A stretch of DNA of 64,000 nucleotides from Ophelia neglecta (Eukaryota). This document shows, one piece after another, positions 30,701 to 42,700 of the stretch (the first letter of the stretch is position 1; each line of letters opens with the position of its first letter). The DNA is taken from NCBI GenBank assembly GCA_965285935.1, contig OZ260663.1, positions 64,356,001 to 64,420,000 of the forward strand, in the 5' to 3' direction. The notes under the pieces were generated by a model. That model made no database searches, had not been told where the DNA came from, and was given only the letters and a program-made list of their open reading frames with translations. The translations under genes and the position numbers were made by a program.

Positions 30701-33700
30701 ATATAAATCTTATTTAACACTAGAAAATGTGTGGAGGTGTTATGTTATAAACTTGTTATTGGGCCCTACCCAAATTGATCTTATCAGTCGTGTACACACA
30801 GCAGTACAATTGATTTTCTTATCTCTTTAATTGTCTGCTACCTGGGCCTTGGCAAATGTCACTGAATTGCTCATAAATCCACAGAGCATTGATTGAAAAT
30901 TGCTTTTCAAGTTATTTTGTTTCCTGGACCCTGAACATAGTAATCTGATGGTTTAACTAAAGACTGTTTGGTTCTAGTTTATTTTAACTTACATCTTGGG
31001 TATACAATGTCAATTGGTAAGCTTGTTTGCCTAGCCAGATGTAACCAGCCAGACGGGCTCCTATTGTTGTTCACCCAAAGCTATTCAGTTGTTGTCTTTA
31101 AGGATAACAACTTACATTATCCTTTAGACTTTCTGCATCTGTCTTGGGTGATAACTTTTGTTGGTTGCCTTCTGGCCTTTGTGATGGCACAGACAATAGG
31201 ACAATGTGACACCAATGCCTTAGTAAATGTCTATTTAATTCCCTTAAAGATGGCTGTTTGTAGCGCTCAGCTTGTGCAGTTGCTTGCCCTGACAAGGCCA
31301 TGCGAGTTGTTCAAATTCCAATCCTTTTTTTGTATGTGAATGGTGGCCCATAATAAATGCAGGCAATAGATCGAAGAAGCTCTGACGTCAGCTGCGCGTC
31401 AGAGCGTGGCGACGACCTGACAACAGGCTTCTGTGGGTATACACAGTTTCTTCAAGATAGCGGTGATAGGCGTTTCGTGTATAGCGGCGTTCTTTGCCGG
31501 CGAAGAAAAACAGATAAAGAAAGGGGATAATGTGTACAAGTCGGAGCTATTAGAAAGATTTACCTATAATGGTTCGCGTGCATCACATTTCAGCTCGGGT
31601 CAAAGCCAGCATGAAGGACACTTCGTACGAAATAACGGCAAGTTTGTCGTACCGTGTGCGTAAGATCTTAAATCCCCCATATTTACGCCTGTTCGCTAAA
31701 CGGTTTTTTTTATTGGGACCAGTACTAGTGGTGTATAAGGATTTTACAAGTCATGTTATGTGTAAGTAATATTATTGGGGCTTTATTATTTCAGCAAATT
31801 GGGTGTCATATTGTTTGTGACAGTGAATTAATGAATTGCAATGTCACAATGGTAATGTGTGAATTTCTGACCAGGGTTCTTGTAAATAATTGCGCAAGCT
31901 TAGTCATGCAAATGTGGCATGAGGAAGATGCACTAAATCTAAAGTGCCTACCCAATTTCAATTTCATAAAACCTATAGACTTACATTTATTAAGCTTTTA
32001 ACATTAAATAATATCTCTCAGCTTGTCCTCACAGGCAGGAAACCGAAAAAATCGGTAGATCTCTCGCAGGCTTCGGAGGTTACAGAAGGGCGGAAAACAC
32101 TGCCCAATGCTATAATCACCTTTATCAGAGCTTTCGGTTTCCACAAATGTAGAAATCTGTCAGAATCACGCATACATACTGGATTCAAACACAAAATCAT
32201 CGAAGCTGATATTAAGACCGTGTACTTTAACATGTACCCAACATGGCGGCACTAATTGTTTGTCTCCAGCTGGAGCAGTAACTAACAATATCACGTGATA
32301 AGTGACGTCCTCCTTCTTCGATCTATATCAGAGATATTGAAGTCCTGACTAATATTAAGGTATGCCTAGCAGGAGGCAGAATATTAGTCCTGTTAATCCC
32401 CAGTAAGCTCTATATTTAAACCCCTCAAAATAGAAAACAGTCTTTGGCTTTCTCCAGCTTCTATTGGCAGGTTTCATGCTTTTTGCACAAGAATTGGGCT
32501 TAAGAAGTAGTTGTAATTAATGATTTGATCTAACGAGGGTAGCTAGGGGATTGTTAATTACAGGTGCTTTGTCTGACCAAGGTGTGCTACAATGTTTTCT
32601 GCATCAGGGGTCTCCAGAACAATCATCCACTGCCATCGATTGTGCCAATATGGATTTCTGGGGAGCCCTCTGATTGGCCGGACCCGCTCGTTATGAATAC
32701 AATCAGTGCGCCAGGAGGTATTGGCTGCATTTGCAGAGCGGGTAACACACACACCAGCAGCAGTACACTCACATGTGAGAGACATCAGATCTACACAGAG
32801 ACCATCTGACTGACTGACTGTTAGGATATATTTATTTGTGTCTGCAATATGCCAGAGGAATTAGCTAAGTCTGTGACTCCAACTCCCAGTTCCACAGCTG
32901 AAAGTACCATACCGGTCTCTTCTCCTGTGCCCAGGGCAAAGAAGGTAAAGTACTGGCAGTGTGGCCTTCAGGTGTGCTGGCTTCTCTCTATCTAGAGAGG
33001 AGATGTGTGCCATTTTAACAGATTATACTTTGTCTAGGGAGTGGGTTAGGGCCAGGGTTTTAGACAGGTGGTCTGTGGAGGCCACATGTACTGCCATCTC
33101 AGGCGTCTGCCATTGTGCCCTGCTTCTCATTTTAAAGCTTTCACAGCTTTGTCAGTCTACCTTGTACAACTCTGACTTGCTATGTTAATGTCACAGTGGG
33201 ATTGACTAGCTGTGGGGTTGCTGTTAGTCTTTGGAGATTTGTATGACAGACTTGTGACTAGCTTTAGGGTGTTGTTCTCTGTATTGCCTGACTGCTCCTA
33301 CAAGACCCCTCAGTCCCCGGGGGGCTGCCAGTTATCATGTCACCTTTATTGGTGGCAACAAGCACCAAGTCCAACGCCATTTCTACCAACACACAGCTTG
33401 CATCACCATTTCATCTCCCCGTAAACAGCCGGTAGACTATATTGTGCATACATTAGTTATTAAATCAGATACACAGAAGATTAACTTATTAGATTTACAT
33501 TTATATTATTGGTAATATGCAAAATGTGTAATTATTCAAATTAGTGTCACATATGGGAACTTTTCAAAAGTTATGAGAACATGGATTTCAAAGTTGTATT
33601 GTGTGTTATTGGTTCACTTCAAGAGAAAACTTTATCTTTAGGGAATTAAATAAAATGCATAAAATGAAGTAGAAAATCAATTTCCTGGTTACTGTACATA

Positions 33701-36700
33701 TTTTATACTATTGTATTTTATTGCTTTCCAGGGTGCGTCATCAAGTCTAGTCGTCAAATTTGCGGATACTGAGAAGGAACGTCAGTTGCGTAGAATGCAG
33801 CAGATGGCAGGCCCCTTAGGACTTCTGAACCCTTTTGCGCTCTCCCAATTCGGTGCCTACGGCGCCACCTATCCACAGGCAGTTAACCCCTCTTCTGTAA
33901 GTAGTATACTTTATTCACCCACTAAGTTAATCTGCAACTCTATTTTCAGCAGATGGGACCTTTGTTAAACCGGCCATCGATGGATAAACACAGTGGTGGT
34001 GATATATTTATGGCAAAGATTTAAGTTAACACTTTTGGGATTGACCCACTTAATCTGGGATTGATAGGCACTGCCTCTCAGTGGAATTGGGATTTTGTAA
34101 GGAACATGGGCCTTCCACTATGGCCAACAACCACTTCTCTTTTGGGACACAAGTGAATTTGTTGTTCAGTCACAGATTTTGATTGCAAATTTCACACAAT
34201 CAGATTTGTGGCATTGCCTCTGGGGAGTGAATTTAAAAGTGATTCATCAGCTCTAGTAGTCGTGAGAAGAATGAAAAAACTTTGCCAGGTTGAGGCATGA
34301 AGCGGACCCCTGATGGGTCCCTAAATTACTCGTTAGTGCCAAACTTCCATTGTTTTGGGATAATCCCCAACTTCTTGGAAATTTGTTGCCAACACATTCA
34401 GTATATCTAAATAAGGGATTAAGCCTTTGACACGAGTGTGGCTTCCAGCTGGTTGTATCCATATGGCAACCGTGAGAGCTTTGTCCTTTCTGTGGTCCTT
34501 TCTGAAAGTCTACACCCAAGCAATTGGTCATCAAGGGCACCAACCACTTTTGTTTTCAGAACCATGTTTTGAAATTCTTTGGAGTGTTTGATGAGCAGTG
34601 TTTTGAAGTTCTTTTGAGTGCTTGATGATCGAATAAATATGCAAATGCTGCCGACAATAAAGAGTGTATCTCTGTAATGAAGCTTGAAAAACTCAAAATT
34701 AGTGCCAGCAAGGCCTGCCACAGTCGAGTTCTGGTTGTGGTAGGTTATGTTATAATTATATCTGGTGTACACGATAAGATAATTAAAAATGTATGACGAA
34801 TGAGCATTGGGCAATAACAAGTGCATTTCTGGCAGATAGAGGATTGACTTTTGTGTGCCTCTGATCCAGCTTGTAATTGGAGATAAGTGTTGGTTGACGG
34901 AGTTGTGTAATGGTGGTGAGGAGAACATCACAGCTGCATCCTGCTGCTCACTGTTTGGCTGTTATATTTTCCAAAATCTGCATGTGATGTCTTCATATCA
35001 GAACCAATATCAACACCAAGCTGGTAGCAGCTCTATTGCAAATTCAATAACCGTCTGAGCAAACCTGACTTGGAAATTGAATTTTCAACATTGTGTGATG
35101 AATGCCGAGTTGGACAAGTTTCGAGGCAAGCCCAAAGGCACAATCGGAGTTGTCTGTTCACTTTTACAATCAAGAGATTTTTGGGCCAAGATTCTTTCAC
35201 TTTGGCCAGGGGCAAATCTAGGTAAATGTTGCCACTTCAGAGTCTTAGAGGATTTACCGTGTGTGTGGATTGCCTTGGCATCGTAATAACACGAGTGACA
35301 AATAGAGGCTGCGCAGTAGGTTTTAGCTATCCCACAACACCCTGCGAGTTAGAGCCGAGATTAGTGCCACACTGACTCATCTTGTGAGCGGTGGAGATCG
35401 ATGCCGTTAATGACAATATCATCGACCTGCCCCCAATTCCTCGGTAGTATCTCTAGGTTACACTGCCTGTAAACGCTGTTGGTCTCCACTGACCATTAGC
35501 TATTGAGGGCCCCACCCATTGATATCGCTTCATCTGCCACTGGCAGCCTCATGGTGACACTTTGTGGACAAACCCTCTACAACACAAACCAATTCCAGTC
35601 TCTCCTGCTTGGCTGATCAAGAGGCAAATAATCCATCAGGCTGATGGCAGCCTTGTTTACAATATTATCAAACACCATTTGTAAAATAATCACAAAGATA
35701 TTACAACTTTATTTAAGTTGATAGGAATAGTTTACATTCACTACTGCTTGATCTCTCACAAGAGACATGTCTTTATTTCGCCCCTCTCCTTCTAACCAGA
35801 ACCTTGATATTGTCCTATTCTGAAGCCATCAATCCCCTCCAGAGTCGTTATATTTAATTTCCTTTGTTCTTGACATGCCTTTGTATTATTATGGACAGAA
35901 TTACATAGAGTGTATAATGAACAATGCATTAAGATGGTTTTTACCTTGCCACATAGTGAGGTTTTTGTGGTAGTATAGAGGCTGAGAGGTAGGAGGCCTC
36001 TGGCTTGCCATTCCTTTGTCCACAGATGTCTTGACTTTGCCCAGGTGAATGCCTGCAACAATATGTAATTTGCTATTTACACAGCTGGATCTCTCTTTTG
36101 ACCAACTGAAACAACTAATGCAAAGTTTGCATAGAAAATATAATGTGTTCTGGATGAAAATGGTTAATTTATCCTGTAGATTAAGGGAGTTATATATCTA
36201 AGCTTGATTAAGGCCTTGTTGATGCTTATTGACATTTAATTGGGACTCCTCCCTTGGATCTGAGGCTTATAAGGCTTGGCCAAGGTGAATCTGCCTGCCA
36301 GGTTTCACAAGCCTTTGAAGTCATCAATAATCAAGTCAGATTGTATTGAGGCGAGATAATACGTCCTTGGTGAGGTCTGGTGTATGATGGGCGTCAATCC
36401 TGTGACTGATTGAACATATTGTCCTGGCTTGGTTGGAGAGACAGGTGGGTTAGTCACAGGCACTCTCACTTGTCTGCTAACTTTACTGGCCAGTGTATAA
36501 ACAATTGTGGAGGAGGTACCTGTGTAGAGCTGTCAACACCTGCCTATATTACCATCTCCACATCTCTACAGTCCTCTCTTCTCTCTCTCACCGTGCTGCA
36601 CACTTTGATCAACATGTACATGGTGAGTGGCATGTTTTAATAATTCAGGTTGCCATATCTATTAATTTGCTGTGTAATTGCAATAGCTTGAACAAGTCCT

Positions 36701-39700
36701 TAGTGTGTTCAAGCTTTCTGTAAAGTACCATTTATATTGGTGGATATTATGCCACAAGTATTGATCCAAAAACAGTGCTCATATTATAGAGGGTTTTGAC
36801 ACACATAGTTAGACTATGGCCACAAGTTTGACTGTCAGAAATAACAAAAGAGGTACAGGGCATTGCTTCACCACATGGATGTGGTGCCAATATATTCTAA
36901 TTATTTTTGAAAGATAAATGAGTGAATAAACTCCATCTTCCATGAATGGATGTCTTTGGGATAATCCATCTGGTTTCTGCTTGTGTGTAAATACCCCATA
37001 AAAACACACAGCAGGCATTCTATACTAGATTTATGTCTATCCAGTTTGATGACAATTTTCGGCCTTCACATAAACAATCTTTATGTCACATGTAGGGCTC
37101 TATATCAAATGAAAACTGCATCAGTTTTATTAAGAAATATCTTGACTGGAACATTATTACACAAGATTGTCTAAAGCAACCGCTTTGTCCCGAGGGCTAG
37201 ACAAAAAATTGTCTGCCGCCTGCTAGGAGAGTTGTATGATGGGTATTGTGACTATAGGGACCGTGGTCTCCTTGTCTAATGAACAGCCATTGGCCAAGAT
37301 TGGTCTGGTAGGCCCACCTGCTACCAAGTACACTCTCATACCTTCTCAGTTTATGTGAAGAAATGAGAGCTCATTATCTGACGGTTAATCATCCTTTTAG
37401 CCTGTTCTTTCACTGCCTGCTTTAAACTGCATCATCCTAGTACCTTCATTGCCTGTTACAAATTTCATCATGCCAGCTAGGAGTGATTGGTGTGTATAAG
37501 CCCTGAACCCATAGCCAGGAGGTCTTTGCAGCCATCCAAGAGCTGCAGTCTCCCATGTGTAGCTCTTTCTCTCAGTTCAGCTGCAGCTGTATTTAAAGCT
37601 AGTCACATTTGCCCAGTAGCTTCCCAGTATGTACCCTTTTGTTTCCATAGGCCAATCAATATGTTTGTTCAGTGTATTTATTCACCTAAAATTACACAGT
37701 GTTGCCTCCATCGAGCCCAACTTCGTCAATTAATGCTTTGTTGGGGCTGCTATTGGAAATTACCTCCCCCTGCAGTATAGACAATTGTTTTAAGTAGTCT
37801 TGATGAAATAAGACCAACAATAAAATAACTAAAAGAGTCACATTAAGGGGTATTGATTTGATTCCATCAAGTTTGCTACACATTTGTTTGCCAGCAGCCT
37901 ACAAAGAAGACTAGAGCTTGGCTGTGTTTGTTCTTCTGTCTTAAGAGAGTTTTTGGTAACCTGCAAACACCTTGATCCTATAAAAGGCAGGCGGGCACTT
38001 TTCTTTCAGTAAAGTGTACATGTACATGTACATATAGACAGTGTACCAGCCTTTTTCACAGGATTTGGAAATGGGATTTTACTGTCCATTGTTTCAAGGT
38101 TACTGTTACTCTCTCCTCCCTGCCCTTTAAACCCCACCCCACAGAGACTTTATTTAATTGTCCCTCCAAATGAGGAGTTGAAATTGTCAGATTAGACCAC
38201 CAGCCTTGATAGTCTTGCCATGGCAGGCATCTTCAAAAGACTGGAATTTTTTTCAAGTGGTGAAAATTGGGAAGGCCCCTGCCTTTTATTCACATTGCCA
38301 GGGACTTGCAGGAGTGCATTTTGCCACAAAGAGGACTGACAATGAAAGAATAGTGTCTTGTAGATGACTTCACTTTAAAGGTCTCTTTTGTCTTGTTGCA
38401 TTGCTACTGTACCTCAACAAAGGAAGCAGTGAATCCTAGACAAGTTAAATGTACAAGCTGACAACCAAAGCAGTCCTGGCTCTGCCGGCTTTCATCACAA
38501 ACTTGTATCTCCGCTAGACGCCTCATCAACTAATAATATGAAATAGAAAGGCTAGGTGAATTAAACAGGCAGGCTGATCATACTTGAGCTTGGGCGGGTC
38601 TGATAGGGTCTGATATTGATTCATGAAAGAACCAGGTATTATAATAGTCTTATGTAAGTCTAGCGGCTGAAGCGGCCCTCAGCAGATCCAATCAAGCCTC
38701 GGTGCAGAGGGCAGCAACGTAATTACCCTGTGTCAGGGACTTGCAGGAATCCTAAAAATGGTCAAATCCAAGGTGCCGGGTTATGACCTCTTGGACTGGT
38801 GAGCTCATTGTTTCCACAGTGACAGGTCAGGTCATATGGCCATGAAGACAAATAAAGGCGCATCACCAAATTTCCGTTGTACAAGTCCTGATCACAGCCA
38901 CGCCATCTCAAACATTTTGACGGCTGTTTTTAGTTGTTTTAATATGAAAAAAGCAAGGTGTGCGCTGTAAAATCAATAGGATGAGGGTATTTCTTGGTTG
39001 TTGATTGGTCGATTTTGCTTTAAGCCAGGCCAAGCTAAGCCAGATGTGCCTGGTTCAATGTCATCATTATGCCTCATGCAAATTTTACATGTCTAATTCA
39101 TGGCAACTAGACAGAGAGAGGGTTAAATATTAATACTGTCCTGCTGGATGCACACACACATGGTGCCAACCGGGCACGACAACCACTCACAACAAAGGTT
39201 TGCCTGGCACTGCAGTTACCATGGTAGGCGCCAATGTGCACTTCTTGCTACTTCTCCACTAAACTTGTGTTGCATGAGGCTAATACAAAGCATCTGGACA
39301 TTAGTTTGGGACATATTATACTGAGTGGATTTGAAATTACTAGCTAGTGGTTTTCCTGGTCATAATTTGTGATTGATAACATATTCACACACCTTGAATG
39401 GTGCCCGTCTGCCCTGGTTGCCAGGACCGGGTCTCGATTGTGCTGCCATATCATTCATCTGTGCTTTGTGCCTGCAGATTGCACTCATAAATATCAGGCA
39501 CAACAATATGCCAGTGCCTTTGTGATCAGAATATTACTTGTATTCAGACGCAGTGAATCCACAGAGACTTTGCATTCTGGCTGTTGACTCATTCTCTGTG
39601 CTGGCTCGAGGCAGACCGGTCGTACAATTTAGTAGGAGGAGGTTTCTAATCTCTGTGAGTCTTCCTTCTTGAAGGTTTGTATCAACATGGCAGATTTAAA

Positions 39701-42700
39701 TAGCACCGGAATCTGGTTGTTGTGAATCATCGCCTGACTCAATCCGCGGCTTGTTGTTAGGTGTTGGGCGAGATTACCTCATTCATTGTTTGTCTTGTCT
39801 TGCTCGCCATCCAGGCTTTAGAGCCAGCTAAGCTGCTTTGCAGTCTTATCATTTCCTGGAACCTCTTCTGCTTTTAGCTCTGCCAACACATTTCTTGGAT
39901 TATTACTGGCTGGACTGGACTTGGTTCCCAACTGATATCAATGATTTGTGGAATATGCCACTCCAAGTACAAAATCAGGTACACGATGGCAGAGAAATGT
40001 GCCTGCATTGATTTTGCAGCTTTTGGCCTCACCCTGTGTTCTCATTGTTATTTAAACTGTGGAGCAGTGGAATATTACATTCTCATCTATCAGACTTTGC
40101 TGACAGTGTGAATGTTGTTTTTGTATAGGATATTATAGCATTGATTTTAGCGCCTTTGAGGAAAGTCCGTTCTGGTAAATTTCTGGATGGATTTACAGCA
40201 GTGTTTGGGTGGAGTGTTCTTAGCTAAAATCTCAAATTCCACTTGTGAACATTAATTTGTCTGGATAACCAGAAATTAATCAGCAGTTTGTACATGAATA
40301 TACATGTACATGTATGTATGGTACATATTAGCCTACCGGCTGCATTTAAACAGATCAATTCAGGGCTGAATGTTTCACAGCATTATCATTTGAAAGGCAG
40401 ATAATGTATTTGAAATGTACAACATAATAAATAATCTTGGCATTTCCAATCAAGTTTTGACATTCCGTGAATCATCAACTGAATTAATTTTTGATATGCT
40501 CAGTGGAAAAAAATAGGCTTGTTAATTTTTTTATGCATTTAATACTTTATGTTTTTGATATACACAATATGTTATTTTGTATTATATTGACATTTATGAA
40601 ATATTTTTAACTATGCTGTTTGTCAGGTGTAAATGACTGCTGCCACAATATATATATACCTTAGTCTCATTTCAGTCTTAATATCCCTAGTGTTTGTATA
40701 AATTTGGAGGCCTTAAAATGTAACAGCTGCCGATGAAAATGTCACCGGATATTTTTAGATGCAATTTTTGTATAATTATATTAAATTTGAAGACCTAGTA
40801 TATTATTAAGTTAGTTATTTTAACAGTTGACATTTAACACTATTTTTCCCTAGCAGCAGCAGCAGCAACTGATGCAGCAGCAAGCGGCCCTGATGGCGGC
40901 GGCAGCCGCTCAGGGCACCTATCTGAACCCAATGACTGCCCTGGCTGCGTCCCAGATCCAACATGTCAATGCGCTGGCCATGCCCAACGGTCTGACCACG
41001 GCTACCCTATCGGGTGGAGGGGACACAGAGCTCCACCGCTACCTATCCACCACTCCTATGACACCCACCAGCACAGGTAAGTCTATGATAAAACATACAT
41101 ACCCTCCCCCCCCCCTACCCCTGAATCCTAACTGGACCAATGTACACTCTGCCCTCCCTGAAATGTTATTGCCTGCTCAAAATCTTAAAATTACTGGTTA
41201 AAGACCACAAGACTGTGCTGTAGAGTCTTACTGGGCTGTAAATGTCATGGCTGGAGTTGTGAGTGTCGCAAGGGATTAGCAATATACCTGTTAGATAACC
41301 TTTGAAATGGCAGCCTTGGACAAGTACTATATCAAGCTAAACCCCAGGTATATTAGAAAGCCATAGGGTGACATTTGTTACTGCTGCTAACAAGCAGAAT
41401 TCACCAGGAAATTAAAAGAATGGTCTCTGGCATCTCACAATATCAGCAAATCGCTCCATTACTTTACCATTTCATGTTGTACATTTATACCTGATATAAA
41501 GGGAAGAACTTCTTGTGAGAACTGGTCTGTGTTATACTACTCTCTTACAGAACCTTCTATGATAGGACTTCTGCCTTTGATTCTGGTCCATTTTAATACT
41601 ACTGTTTAAATATTCAATATAATTAATCAACAAAACCTAACAGGCCTACTAACAATAGCAGTGTAAATGTATGTGATTTCAATGCTAAATTTATATGAGC
41701 CAGATTTCTCATTTATTTCTGGTGTATTTATCATTAATCTGATGCCATGAAAGGCCATTTTAAACATAAATTATGTATTTTACTTTCAAAACATCAGTTG
41801 AATTTATACTTTTTTTCAAGTATCTGACTACATTAGTTTGTTGTTTATAACACTGTACATGTATCTCAATGTATATTTTCAACATTTGAAATATCTTCTG
41901 AGTATCAGTTTGTTTATGTGTGACATGTTTTGTATATTCTGCCTTTTTTTATTTTCCAGTAGGGACCACAGCTATCAACGGTGCTCCACCCACCATGCTC
42001 TCCCCGACCATGACAGCTTTCCATGTTACTCAGGCCAATGGCCAGGCCACACTCATTGATGCCAATGGCATACCACAGTATTCAGGTAACTGCCGAGTTT
42101 GTTCGTCTTAACCGTGTATGTAGTGTAGGCATTGTAACCAGCACCAGGGCAGCAGCATATTTTCAAGGAAAGAATGGGACAATTTTCACAGAAAGTAAAT
42201 CATTATCTTCAATTATTTCAAGATAATGATTTTAAAAAAGAGGAATTTTTTTTGCAATTACATAATATAATAATGGCTCTTTTTTTCCTTGGACATAAGT
42301 TCTACCATTGTGATGATAACCTGTCAAGAGATTGAAATGAAGGGACATGACTTATGCCATTTGTCTCCCTAGTTTCCAATATGCTATTAAAAAGTGTGCT
42401 GCAAACTTAGAGTCAAAAGGCATTTGGCATGCTAGCTGTCTTCTATCTTAATGAGGAATGCCAAGTCTGATTCACAAATAGTGCAAAATACATTTCTCGT
42501 GAGTCACGTTAAGCCTATTTGATTTTTTCCCCAGTAAAATTATCACGCAATTTGATATATGCCTGTGCAGATAATACTCAGAACAAACTCTGTAGGTGAA
42601 TCAGCCTTGAGTGGATTCCTGTGTGTTGTCACATTTATATTAAACAGTTTTTGGATGTAAAGTAGATGTCTTGCTGTGGCTATAAATATCTCATATTTGT

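Noticed and set aside
34419-34931. Longest ORF in the track (170 aa, minus strand)
   Set aside because: No recognisable domain, composition typical of random intronic sequence, and antisense within the CELF intron.
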